Below are positions 28,897 through 38,061 of a stretch of DNA of 64,000 bases, piece by piece (the stretch's first letter is position 1; each line of letters begins with the position of its first letter). The notes below the pieces were generated by a model. The model did not search any database. It worked only from the letters and a program-made list of their open reading frames with translations, and was not told the DNA's origin. The stretch is from assembly GCA_965228475.1 (NCBI GenBank), contig OZ245817.1, positions 1,824,001 to 1,888,000 on the forward strand, in the 5' to 3' direction. A program made the translations under genes and the position numbers. Source of the DNA: Myxococcota bacterium. GTDB taxonomy: Bacteria; Myxococcota_A; UBA9160; JAFDDA01.

Positions 28897-29292
28897 CTAG
28901 AGGTCCGGGAGCTCGTAGACGGGCGGCGGGCCGTCCCGCTTTTCGAGCACGATCTGGAGGACGTGGCCGCCCAGGGCGATGCGGTCCCCGTGCTCGATCG
29001 GCTCGCTGCGGATGGTCTCGCCGTTCAGGCTCGTCCCGTTCGTGCTCCCGAGATCCACGGCGCGGAACCGGCCGGCGACGAACTCGATGGCGAGGTGCTC
29101 CTGGGAGATCGCTTCGTCCGGGAGAACGAGGTCGGCGTCCGTGGCGCGGCCGATCACGGTCCGTGGCCCTCCGACCGGAAACTCGTTGCCTGCCCCCGGG
29201 CCTTCGATCACGACGAGCGTCGCGCGCCAGGCGCCGAATCCTTCGTCCCGATCCGTCGTCGCATCCCGTTTGACCGTGCGTCCGTCCCGCAT
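28897..29292 (-). CDS. Stand-alone FHA domain protein
   Basis: IGR, ISQEH, DLGSTNGT. Confidence 0.92.
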   Translation of the reverse strand: MRDGRTVKRDATTDRDEGFGAWRATLVVIEGPGAGNEFPVGGPRTVIGRATDADLVLPDEAISQEHLAIEFVAGRFRAVDLGSTNGTSLNGETIRSEPIEHGDRIALGGHVLQIVLEKRDGPPPVYELPDL

Positions 29293-29409
29293 GCCGACCT
29301 CCCAAGGCCCACGCGGGCCCCTCCGCGGGCACCGAGGAGTGCCCGCCTTCCGTTCGCTACGGCAGGCCGGGGTGCGGGAAGGGTGAAACGGATCACAGCG
29401 CCGTACGGC

Positions 29410-30099
29410 TCAGCGTTCGTTGAAGCGGTATCCGACCCCGCGGACCGTCTCGATCACGCGGCGCTTCCGGCCGAGCTTCCGCCGGATGGCCTTCACGTGG
29501 GTGTCGACGGAGCGGTGCCCGGCCGCGGCATCGTCGCCCCAGACCGCCTCCACCAGCCGGCCGCGCGAGAGCACCCGGCCGGCATCGCCCATGAGGGTCT
29601 CGAGCAGCTCGAACTCGCGCGGCGTCAGGGCGATCGGCTCGTCGTCCACGCGCGCGCTGCGCGCCTCGACGTCCAGTACGACGCCGCCCCTCCGCTTCGG
29701 GGCCGCGGCTTCGGCCCCGGAGCGGGAGGTGGAGCGCCGGAGGATCGCGCGGACGCGGCCCGCCAGCTCGCGTCCGAAGAAGGGCTTCGGGACGAAGTCG
29801 TCCACGCCGCATTCGAAAGCCAGGATGCGGTCGATCTCGCTGTCGTAGCGGGTCACGATGACGACCGGGACGTGGGCCAGATCCTTCTCGTCGTGCAGCA
29901 GTCGCACGAGCCCGTGTCCCGATACGTCCGGCAGGTCGAGCTCGGTCACGAGCAGGTCGGGTGCCGACGCGCGGGCTCGTTCGAGGGCCCGCGCGGCGGT
30001 CTCGGCCTCGACCACGGCAATCGGCTCCTCGGCCAGGGCCTCGATGATTCGCCGCCTCGACTCGCGGTCGCTGTCGACGATCAACGCCGTCCGATCCAT
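29410..30099 (-). CDS. OmpR/PhoB family response regulator with atypical receiver (phosphoacceptor Asp->Glu)
   Basis: Receiver LIVDSD..PDLLVTELDLPD..KPF; wHTH LTPREFELL, RSVDTHVKAIRRKL, IETVRGVGYRF. Confidence 0.9.
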   Translation of the reverse strand: MDRTALIVDSDRESRRRIIEALAEEPIAVVEAETAARALERARASAPDLLVTELDLPDVSGHGLVRLLHDEKDLAHVPVVIVTRYDSEIDRILAFECGVDDFVPKPFFGRELAGRVRAILRRSTSRSGAEAAAPKRRGGVVLDVEARSARVDDEPIALTPREFELLETLMGDAGRVLSRGRLVEAVWGDDAAAGHRSVDTHVKAIRRKLGRKRRVIETVRGVGYRFNER

Positions 30100-30146
30100 G
30101 GTGCCTGGGAGCCTCCCGCGTGCCCCTGTATGAGAACAGCAAGTGT

Positions 30147-30236
30147 GTGACGGAATCGGGTCGAAGCGGTGAAACACGGGTATCAAAGCGGTGACCGCGG
30201 ACGGACGCGGTCATTCAAGCTCCATGCGGCCGTCAC
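30147..30236. promoter_or_regulatory. Pho-box-like 11-bp-period direct repeats on both strands of the divergent promoter
   Basis: Minus: GGTCAC/TGATAC/TTTCAC/CGACCC/CGTCAC at 11-bp period (AAGCGGTGA exact at 30164 and 30186); plus: GGTCAT 30209, CTCCAT 30220, CGTCAC 30231. Confidence 0.55.
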
Positions 30237-30285
30237 GCAGCCAGCGCGCGGGTGCGCCATACACAGAACTGCGGAAGGAGCGGCA

Positions 30286-30615
30286 ATGCTGGACCGGATC
30301 GGTACGGAATCGGATGTGCAGTTCGAAGCGGACTGGCGGCTGGCCCGGGCGGTTTGCCAGGGAGATCCCGCGGCCTTCGCCCGGGTCTACGGCACCTATC
30401 TCCCGCCGGTGGCCCGCTTCGCAGCGAAGCACTGCACTTCGTCCCATGCGGCTGCCGAGCTCTCGGCGACCGCGCTCACCGCCGTGTTCGAGCACCTCGA
30501 GGGGTACTCGGGCCGGGTGGCGCTGGCGGCCTGGGTCCTCGCGATCTGCCGCAAGGTCCACGCCCTCGAGAGCGAGGCCAGCGGGCACGAAGCCCAGGAC
30601 GTTCGTTTCGGCTGA
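30286..30615 (+). CDS. ECF sigma-like protein containing only region 2 (109 aa)
   Basis: AAGGAG RBS; DWRLARAVCQGDPAAFARVY...LAAWVLAICR resembles ECF regions 1.2-2; stops before any region 4. Confidence 0.7.
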   Translation: MLDRIGTESDVQFEADWRLARAVCQGDPAAFARVYGTYLPPVARFAAKHCTSSHAAAELSATALTAVFEHLEGYSGRVALAAWVLAICRKVHALESEASGHEAQDVRFG

Positions 30616-30626
30616 GCCGCCTCCGG

Positions 30627-31469
30627 TCAGGCGGCCCGGCCGCCTTCTTCGCCACCTTCATCACGATTCCCGATCTCCCGGTATGCGCTCGGCGTCAGGC
30701 CGACCCGGCGCCGGAAGGTCGAGGTGAAGTGGCCGAGCGAACGCCAGCCGGTCTCGGCGGCCACCTCGATCACGGGCCGGTCCGTGGTGCGCAGGAGCTC
30801 CTTGGCGCGGCGCAGGCGGAGCTCCGACATGTACTGCCGGAAGGTGGTCGCGAGTTCGGTGCGAAAGAGTCTCGAGGTCTGTCGTTCCGACGTCCCCAGC
30901 TGCAGGGCGACGCTCGCGAGGTTCACCGAGTCGAGGGGGCCCTGGCCGAGCTCGTCGAGGACCCGCAAGAGCTGACTGCGGCGCTCCCGGGCCCTTCGTG
31001 GTTCGCGCGCCCGCGCCTCGATGAATCCGCCCGGGCCCGGCCGGATCAGGGCCAGCAGTTCGACCCGTCGAGCGGTTCGCTCGAGGTCACAGCCGGGGGC
31101 GGAAGCGTCGGGGGAGTTCGCGAGATCCCGCAGCAGCCGAGCCCCGCGGCGCGCGACGTCGCTGCCGGCGCGGTGGAGGTAGGGGCATTCGCCTTCTCTC
31201 GAGGGCGGCAGGCCCGCCAGGTGCCGGACCTCGAGGGCCCAGAGTTCGTCGGACTCGAAGGCCAGGAGGGTCGCGCCGGGACGATCCGCCTGGATCCGGA
31301 CCGCGCTCCCGGAGGGCACCGTGACGACGTCCCCGGCCTCGGCCCGCCATCGGAGGTCGCCGCCGTCGCTGACGATGGCGGTCTCTCGTTCGATCCAGAA
31401 CAAGGCCGGCCCCCGGATCTCGGTGGGCTCCGTGTGGGGTTCGATCGGCGCGACGTGGGGGGGTTCCAA
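30627..31469 (-). CDS. AraC/XylS family transcriptional regulator
   Basis: Cupin-like AGDVVTVPSG; LRLRRAKELL..VIEVAAETGWRSLGHFTSTFRRRVGLTPSAYR; TTG start uncertain. Confidence 0.88.
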   Translation of the reverse strand: MEPPHVAPIEPHTEPTEIRGPALFWIERETAIVSDGGDLRWRAEAGDVVTVPSGSAVRIQADRPGATLLAFESDELWALEVRHLAGLPPSREGECPYLHRAGSDVARRGARLLRDLANSPDASAPGCDLERTARRVELLALIRPGPGGFIEARAREPRRARERRSQLLRVLDELGQGPLDSVNLASVALQLGTSERQTSRLFRTELATTFRQYMSELRLRRAKELLRTTDRPVIEVAAETGWRSLGHFTSTFRRRVGLTPSAYREIGNRDEGGEEGGRAA

Positions 31470-31839
31470 GGGGCACCTTGCCGGCTCGGCGTTTCCGGTT
31501 TCGCTCGACGGGAGCCCGAAGGCGGGGGCCGGAACTCGTGATTCGTTGGCGTTGGGGAAGGCGGTCTGCAGCACGCGCGAACTCCTCTCGCGACGTTCCC
31601 TTCCCGAAGTCGAGGTGGAAGATACGGGGCCTGGGTGGCAAGCCCGCGCAGGGGGAAAGGCACTTCGGCGGAGGCCCGGACGCGATCGTGAAGGCCGAAA
31701 ACGTTGCGCGCACCGCGCGGTGCGCTGCGTGAAGTTGCTCCGGCACGAGGTCGTGACGTTGATGTGAGGCGTCCGTTCGAACGAGAGCCGGCCGGGAGTG
31801 TGTTGAAGTTCGACGGACCGGAAGCCTATGCTGCCCGCG

Positions 31840-32940
31840 ATGTCACACGCAGCGATCGCGCGACGGTTCCCGATTCGAGTCACTCTTGCCTGCCTCCTCG
31901 TGACCGCCTGCGCGGGTGCGGGGCCCGAAGGCGAGCTGATTCCGAAGGTCTACGACGGGAGGCTGGTGGCGACCCCGGCGACGATCGCCTTTCCGGAAGT
32001 TCGTGAGGGTTGTGTGGGTTCGGTCGATCTCGAGATCGCCAATACGAGCCCGAACCTGCCCATTTCGATCACGAACATCGCGACGCCGCACGGCGCACTT
32101 CGCTTCGCCGAGTCGCTGCCGATCCGGATCGAACCCGGGGACCGCCGCAACCTGGCCTTCCACTTCAGTCCCGACGGGCCGGGTGCGCGTACGGGCGAGG
32201 TCGTGATCCAGACGGACGAAGGGCGCCTTCGCCCCCTGGCGCTTCCCGTGACGGCCCAGGCTCGCGCGGCCGTCCCGCGGGCACAGGCCATCGCACCGGC
32301 GCCGCTCGATCTCGTCTTCGTGCTCGACGTCTCGACCACGATGAACGAGCTGGCGGCCCTGCGCGCGGCCGTGATCCGCGTTTTCGACGTCGCCCGGGCC
32401 AGCGGCCACGACGTCCGCTTCGGACTGACGACCTTCGAGAACGACGTGCGGGTCCACGGCGCCGGCCGCTTCCTCGAGCCCGAGGCGTTCCTGGCCGAGC
32501 TCGACTCCCAGCTGCTGGAGGGAAGCTGGCTCCCGAACCCCGAGCTTCCGCGGCAGCTCCTGAACTTCGACTTCCAGGAGAACATCCTCGATGCGCTGGC
32601 CCTCTCGGCAAGCGAGTTCGAGTTCCGGCCGGACGCACGCCACTTCTTCCTCTTGATGACGGACGACACGTTCCTCGAGCCGCCGGACCGCTTCAGCGAC
32701 GGGACGCCGGTGCTGCACTCCTTCGCCGAGGTCTCGCAGGCCCTCGTGGATCGCGAGGTGAGGCTCTTCTCCGTGCACGCTCCCCAGAGCGGGCGGGGGC
32801 TCTCCTCGCGGTACGAAGGCGCTCCCTCCCTGGTCGCGGCGACCGAGGGTGCCTGGTTCGAGATCGCCGACGTGGACCGGGGTGTGCTCGCCCTCGATTC
32901 GCTGCTCGAGGACCTGGTCGCCGGAGACCTCTGCGACTGA
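31840..32940 (+). CDS. Lipoprotein with Ig-like (ASH/choice-of-anchor-D-like) and vWA domains
   Basis: Lipobox VTAC; beta-rich Ig-like segment; LDLVFVLDVSTTM MIDAS-like, LMTDD. Confidence 0.8.
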   Translation: MSHAAIARRFPIRVTLACLLVTACAGAGPEGELIPKVYDGRLVATPATIAFPEVREGCVGSVDLEIANTSPNLPISITNIATPHGALRFAESLPIRIEPGDRRNLAFHFSPDGPGARTGEVVIQTDEGRLRPLALPVTAQARAAVPRAQAIAPAPLDLVFVLDVSTTMNELAALRAAVIRVFDVARASGHDVRFGLTTFENDVRVHGAGRFLEPEAFLAELDSQLLEGSWLPNPELPRQLLNFDFQENILDALALSASEFEFRPDARHFFLLMTDDTFLEPPDRFSDGTPVLHSFAEVSQALVDREVRLFSVHAPQSGRGLSSRYEGAPSLVAATEGAWFEIADVDRGVLALDSLLEDLVAGDLCD

Positions 32941-33083
32941 CCGGAGGCTCACCGCGAAGCCGGGGTCGGTTCGGTGGCAACTCCTGCGTCCGCCGGACGC
33001 ACTTCTGCAACAGTCGCCGGAAGAGTCGCGGGAGTTCGCGTTCGTAGCTCAAGACGGGTCTCTCGAATGCCGATGCAGCAGGC

Positions 33084-34055
33084 ATGCAGAGCCTCCCCCC
33101 TCTCCGATCCCTCTCGCCGCTTCTCCTCGGGCTCTTCGTCCTGTCGGGAGCGGTCGCCATGGTTCGCCCGGCGGCGGCGCAGGAACTCGTGCTGCGCCCC
33201 CAGTACCTTCCGGGCGACGTCTACCGCCTCTCCCTGACGAAGCAGACCGTCACGGACGCTGCGTCGCGTAGTCACGACGGCCGCTCCTTCGAGGAGGACG
33301 TCGAGCTCGCCTACAGCGCGCGCGTCGAAGTCCTGGAGGTCGATTCGGACGGACAGCCCGTGCGCGAGCGCCACGAGCGCGTGCGTCTGACCTTCGAACG
33401 CCCGGACGGATCTGGCTCACTCTTCCGCAAGGGGACCCGGTACGAGGTCCGGCGCGGCGAAGGCGGCTCCGTCGCGCTCTTCGTTCGCGGCGCGCGCGTG
33501 GATCGGGAGATCGAGCGGGTCGTTGCACCGATCCTCGAGGGCCAGTTCGAGCACGGCCCGGGACCGGCCCTGGTCGACCCCGGACGGCCCGTCGGCATCG
33601 GCGACCGCTGGGAGCTCTCGGAGGGGCAAGCGCGCGAGATGCTCCGCCGGGAAGGCTGGCGCGCCATCTCCTTCGACGGCGCGCCGACGGCAACCCTCGT
33701 GCGCCATCCGACCGAACCCCGCATGGCGCGGCTCGTCTACCGCATTCCGCTCGACTGGGTCGAGCCGGTCCGTTCCGCCCCGAACGCCGAGACGTCGAAG
33801 TCGGGCGGGATCTTCCAGGGCACGGTCGATCTTCCTCCGGACCCGCACGGCCGTCCGCTCGCGCACGCTTCGAGTCTCGAGACGGATGTGTCCGGGCTCA
33901 TCCAGCGCCACGGCGTCACCCGCAACGTTCCCTGGCGGCTCTCCCAGTCCAAGCGCTTCGGGCAGTCCGTCGAGAGCATCGCTCGCTCACCGCGCTCGGA
34001 CGGCGCCTGGGCTGCTACGGGCCACCCGGCGAGCCCGCCCCCCGAATCGCGCTGA
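33084..34055 (+). CDS. Exported hypothetical beta-rich protein
   Basis: Signal peptide ending AAA-Q; PVGIGDRW motif; normal codon usage. Confidence 0.65.
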   Translation: MQSLPPLRSLSPLLLGLFVLSGAVAMVRPAAAQELVLRPQYLPGDVYRLSLTKQTVTDAASRSHDGRSFEEDVELAYSARVEVLEVDSDGQPVRERHERVRLTFERPDGSGSLFRKGTRYEVRRGEGGSVALFVRGARVDREIERVVAPILEGQFEHGPGPALVDPGRPVGIGDRWELSEGQAREMLRREGWRAISFDGAPTATLVRHPTEPRMARLVYRIPLDWVEPVRSAPNAETSKSGGIFQGTVDLPPDPHGRPLAHASSLETDVSGLIQRHGVTRNVPWRLSQSKRFGQSVESIARSPRSDGAWAATGHPASPPPESR

Positions 34056-34422
34056 TCCCGGGAGGGGCGGACCGGCCTCTTCACGAAGTGCGCGCGGGCC
34101 TTCGAGTTCGCTGACCCCGTAGCCCGCGGGTCGACGCTTCTTCTTCTTCTTCGAGTCACAGAATGGCGACGAACGTGTGAGCGGCGTGGTGCACGCTGCT
34201 CGTGCATCGGATTCGTGCGCAACGGTGCCGGAACCCGCACCGAAAGCGAACGTTTCGTGCGCGATGGCGACACCCGACCGTTGCCGGCGTCACGGAACGA
34301 AGACGAATCCGTGAAGGAAGCAACAACACGGCTTCCGCCTCGCGTTCCGCGCGCGCACCCAAGATATGATCCGGCCGCTTCTTCGGAGCACGATGTTCCG
34401 CTCGTCGAGGAGAAAGCCCTGC

Positions 34423-35229
34423 ATGATGTGCTGCGGTCCCTCTGGGAGTCTGCCGTTCCTGCGATCGTTCGTCGCGCTCGTCCTGGCCGTCGCTTGGGTC
34501 GGGGTCGCGGGCTCCGCCGCGGGCGAGGCTCGCGTCGACGATTTCCGCGTGAAGGTCGAGAAGTGGGTCGAGACACGGCAGATCCTGTCGGAGGAGAAGT
34601 CCGATTGGGACGCCGAGCGCGAGCTGCTTCGCGCTTCGCGAGACCTGCTCCGTCAGCAGAAGAAAGCGCTGGCGGAAGAGGTCGCGACGCTCGAAGCGAC
34701 GATCACGGAAGCCGACCAGGAGCGCACGGATCTGTTGCTCGACCGCGGGGAGTACAAGCGGTCCACCACCGTCATGGCGGAGCGTCTGCTCGGCCTCGAG
34801 CAGGACGTGAAGGACCTCGTTCCGTGGCTCCCTGAGCCGTTGCAGGCCAAGCTCGAGCCGCTGCTGGCCCAGATCCCCGAAGACCCCGAGGCGAGTCGCG
34901 CGAGCCTCGGCCAGCGGCTGATCAACGTGCTCGGCGTGATCCTCCAGTCCGAGAAGTTCGACTCGACCGCCACGCTGAGCGGAGAGACCCGGGCCGTCCG
35001 GGAGGGCGACACGCAGAAGGTCCAGGTCCGAACGCTCTACTGGGGGCTCGGCCAGGCCGTCTACGTCGACTCCCAGGGCGAGGTGGCCGGGATCGGGAAG
35101 CCCGGTGCGGAGGGCTGGACCTTCGCGGACGAGCCGGGCCTCGCCGACGACGCCGAGCTCCTGCTCGACATCTACGAGGGCAACGTCGACGTGATTCGCT
35201 TCGTCGACGTGCCGGTGACCGTCCGATGA
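34423..35229 (+). CDS. DUF3450-like periplasmic coiled-coil protein
   Basis: Signal peptide, long coiled coil, VRTLYWGLGQAVY; first gene of a TtpC-type TonB operon; start uncertain. Confidence 0.78.
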   Translation: MMCCGPSGSLPFLRSFVALVLAVAWVGVAGSAAGEARVDDFRVKVEKWVETRQILSEEKSDWDAERELLRASRDLLRQQKKALAEEVATLEATITEADQERTDLLLDRGEYKRSTTVMAERLLGLEQDVKDLVPWLPEPLQAKLEPLLAQIPEDPEASRASLGQRLINVLGVILQSEKFDSTATLSGETRAVREGDTQKVQVRTLYWGLGQAVYVDSQGEVAGIGKPGAEGWTFADEPGLADDAELLLDIYEGNVDVIRFVDVPVTVR

Positions 35230-36653
35230 GGCGGCCGGGAAGCGTGGCTCTGGGGTTCCGCCTGCTCGCCTTGCTCGCCGTCGGCAGTCTGCTCGCGCTG
35301 GCGCCCGAGGCGTCGGCCCAGAAGTTCAACGCGGCGCAGGCGGACGTCGACCGGAAACTCGAAGGTTCGCTCCGCGAGCTGGGCGACCTCCGGGCCAAGA
35401 TCGTGAAGGAGAAGGTCCCGCTCTCGAAGAGCGTCTCGCAGCTCGAGAACGAGGTGATCGAGCTGCGCCACGAGCGCGACCGGCTGCTCAAGATCCGCGA
35501 CAGCCGGACCCTCGATCTATCGTCGCTGCGCAAGAGCGTCGAGTCCCTGGCCGACCAGGAAGACTTCATCAACAGCCGGCTCAACGAGTTCGTGCGGGAT
35601 TTCGAGGGTCGCCTCGACATCAGCGAACTGCCGCGGTTCGAAGGCTTGACCGGCCCGGCGAAGCTCGCCGAGAGCAGCGTCAACCTCGACGGCGTGGAGA
35701 AACGCGAGACCCAGCTCGCGGTCGTGAAGGCGGCCCTGCGGCGCCTGCGGGATCAGCTCGGGGGCCACGTCTACGAGGGCGAGGCCCTGAGCCCGGACGG
35801 AGTCCTCACGAAGGGCCACTTCGTCGCGGTCGGGCCGACGGTCTTCTACGTGAGCGACGACGGCGAAGTCAGCGGGCTGGTCGAGAGCCAGCTCAACGCG
35901 GCGGATCCGGTCGTCATCGCGCTGCCGGACAGCGAGGAGGGTCTCCGCAAGATCGTCAGCGGCTCGGCCGGCTCGCTTCCGCTCGACCCCACGCTCGGCA
36001 AGGCGCTGAAGACGGAGAAGGCGGCCAAGGGGCTGCTCGACTACGTCGACGACGGCGGCGTCGTCGGCTACGTGATCCTCGGCCTCGGGCTCGCGGCGCT
36101 GGCGCTGACGCTCTTCAAGGTCTTCGAGATCCTGGGCTTCGTCGTCGCCGAGCCGCGCCAGGTGGACGGGATCCTCGAGGACCTCGAGCGCGGTGACCGT
36201 GCCGCCGCCGGAAACCGCGCGGACCGCGTGGCGGGAATCTCCGGCGAGCTGCTTGCGACCGGCGTCGAGCACGCAGGGGAGAAGCGGGGCGTTCTCGAGG
36301 AGCTGCTCTTCGAGAAGATTCTCATGGCGCGCCCGATGCTCGAGCGCTTCCTCCCGTTCCTGGCGATCACGGCCGCCGCCGCGCCGCTGCTCGGGCTGCT
36401 CGGGACCGTGATCGGCATGATCAAGACCTTCCAGCTCATCACGATCTTCGGAACGGGGGATGCGAAGAGTCTCTCCTCGGGAATCTCCGAGGCGCTCGTG
36501 ACCACGGCGCTCGGTCTGATCGTCGCCATCCCGACGCTGATCCTGCACGGCGCCCTGACCCGGATGGCGAAGCACAAGCTCGGGATGCTCGAGCAGCTCT
36601 CGGTGGCCTTCGTGAACGGTGTCTCCGGGCTGCGCCGGCAGGCCGAGCGCTAG
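35226..36653 (+). CDS. exbB: Long MotA/TolQ/ExbB protein (TtpC-like)
   Basis: Signal + periplasmic coiled coil, then APLLGLLGTVIGMI, GISEALVTTALGL. Confidence 0.9.
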   Translation: MRRPGSVALGFRLLALLAVGSLLALAPEASAQKFNAAQADVDRKLEGSLRELGDLRAKIVKEKVPLSKSVSQLENEVIELRHERDRLLKIRDSRTLDLSSLRKSVESLADQEDFINSRLNEFVRDFEGRLDISELPRFEGLTGPAKLAESSVNLDGVEKRETQLAVVKAALRRLRDQLGGHVYEGEALSPDGVLTKGHFVAVGPTVFYVSDDGEVSGLVESQLNAADPVVIALPDSEEGLRKIVSGSAGSLPLDPTLGKALKTEKAAKGLLDYVDDGGVVGYVILGLGLAALALTLFKVFEILGFVVAEPRQVDGILEDLERGDRAAAGNRADRVAGISGELLATGVEHAGEKRGVLEELLFEKILMARPMLERFLPFLAITAAAAPLLGLLGTVIGMIKTFQLITIFGTGDAKSLSSGISEALVTTALGLIVAIPTLILHGALTRMAKHKLGMLEQLSVAFVNGVSGLRRQAER

Positions 36654-36661
36654 GCCGCGGC

Positions 36662-37243
36662 GTGACGAGGATCTTCGAGATCTGGCAGAGCGGAGGGTGG
36701 GTGATGATCCCGCTGTTCCTGCTCGCGGTCCTGCTCTACGGGCAGGCCTTCCAGCTGCTGATGTACATCCGGCGCGCACGCATCGGCGGCGAGGACGAGG
36801 CGCACTGGGGCCGCTGGGTGCGGGATCCGGAGGAAGCCGAGGGCCGGGTCGCCGAGATCATCCGTTACACCCAGGACGACGTCACGACGTCCGGCCAGAT
36901 CCGCCGGCGCTTCGACGAGGTGCGTCTCGCGATCCTGGCGCTCGTGGACCGGCGCACGCGGTTCCTCGCGAGTCTCGTGGCCGCGGCTCCGCTGATGGGA
37001 CTGCTCGGCACCGTGCTCGGGATGCTGCGCACCTTCTACAGCATCGCGACCGGCGGTGGCGGGGAGACGGCGGGCAGCGTCGCCTCCGGCATCTCCGAGG
37101 CGCTCGTCACGACCCAGACCGGGCTCACGATCGCGCTGCCCGGCCTGTTCATGGTCATGCTCATCCAGCGCCGCCGGCACGACCTCGAGGCGAAGCTCTC
37201 CCGCCTCGAGAGCCTGACGCTCAGCACCATGAGGGTCGAGTAG
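36662..37243 (+). CDS. exbB: MotA/TolQ/ExbB proton channel protein
   Basis: GGWVMIPL, APLMGLLGTVLGM, GISEALVTTQTGL. Confidence 0.92.
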   Translation: MTRIFEIWQSGGWVMIPLFLLAVLLYGQAFQLLMYIRRARIGGEDEAHWGRWVRDPEEAEGRVAEIIRYTQDDVTTSGQIRRRFDEVRLAILALVDRRTRFLASLVAAAPLMGLLGTVLGMLRTFYSIATGGGGETAGSVASGISEALVTTQTGLTIALPGLFMVMLIQRRRHDLEAKLSRLESLTLSTMRVE

Positions 37244-37245
37244 CC

Positions 37246-37647
37246 GTGCCCCGGCGAAGCATCCTCGAGGAGGACGACCCGCTCGAGATCGATCTCTCTC
37301 CGATGATCGACTGCATCTTCATCCTGTTGATCTTCTTCATCGTCGCGACGGTGTTCGTGGAGGAGCAGGGGCTGCAGGTCGCCAAGCCCGACGCGTCGGC
37401 CGCGGCGTCGACCGAAGAGACCGAGAACGTCGTCCTCCAGATCACCGCCGAGAACAAGATCCTGTTCGACGGCAAGGAGATCACGCTGGCCGACGTCGCG
37501 AACCGGGTGCGGGCCGGCGTGCGGGAGCCGGACACGCCGGTCGTCCTGCGGGCGGACGAGAAGTCGGATCACGGCCTGTTCGTGGCGGTCTGGGACGCGG
37601 CGCGGCGGGGTGGGGCGGGGCAGCTCAGCTTCACCACGACGAACTGA
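37246..37647 (+). CDS. exbD: Biopolymer transporter ExbD/TolR
   Basis: [26 protein letters not shown]. Confidence 0.92.
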   Translation: MPRRSILEEDDPLEIDLSPMIDCIFILLIFFIVATVFVEEQGLQVAKPDASAAASTEETENVVLQITAENKILFDGKEITLADVANRVRAGVREPDTPVVLRADEKSDHGLFVAVWDAARRGGAGQLSFTTTN

Positions 37648-37656
37648 GCGGGGAAG

Positions 37657-38061
37657 ATGGCGAACCGCAGCATCCTCGACGAACGCGAAGAGCCGCTCGA
37701 GATCAACCTCGCGCCGATGATCGACTGCGTCTTCATCCTGTTGATCTTCTTCATCGTCACGACGGTCTTCGTCGAGGCGCCGGGCATCGAGATCCTGAAG
37801 CCCGATGCGACGGTGGACGTCGACCTCGAGAAGAACAGCATCCTGATCGGGATCACCGAGGACAACCAGGTGATCTACGGCGGCCGCGTCCTCGGCATCG
37901 CGGGGGTCGGCGCCCGCGTGAAGGCGCTGCTCAATCGCGAAGACCTGCCCGTGATCATCCAGGCCGATTCCCGCGCGGACCACGGCGTCTTCTCCGACGT
38001 CTGGAGCGAGGTCAAGAACGCCGGCGCCAAGAAGATCAGCATCTCGACGCGGAACGACTGA
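37657..38061 (+). CDS. exbD: Biopolymer transporter ExbD/TolR (second copy)
   Basis: [33 protein letters not shown]. Confidence 0.92.
   Translation: MANRSILDEREEPLEINLAPMIDCVFILLIFFIVTTVFVEAPGIEILKPDATVDVDLEKNSILIGITEDNQVIYGGRVLGIAGVGARVKALLNREDLPVIIQADSRADHGVFSDVWSEVKNAGAKKISISTRND

Noticed and set aside
32994..33010. Second possible sigma54 site (GGACGCACTTCTGC)
   Set aside because: Only the GG-N10-GC spacing matches; the -24 element is poor and chance matches are common at high GC
34138..34152. (TTC)5 tract upstream of the TonB operon
   Set aside because: Too short and intergenic to support phase variation; may be the tail of a weak terminator
37270..37780. Near-identical DNA stretches about 415 nt apart (CCGATGATCGACTGC...TTCATCCTGTTGATCTTCTTCATCGTC)
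   Set aside because: Conserved TM segments of the two exbD paralogues, not a repeat element or array
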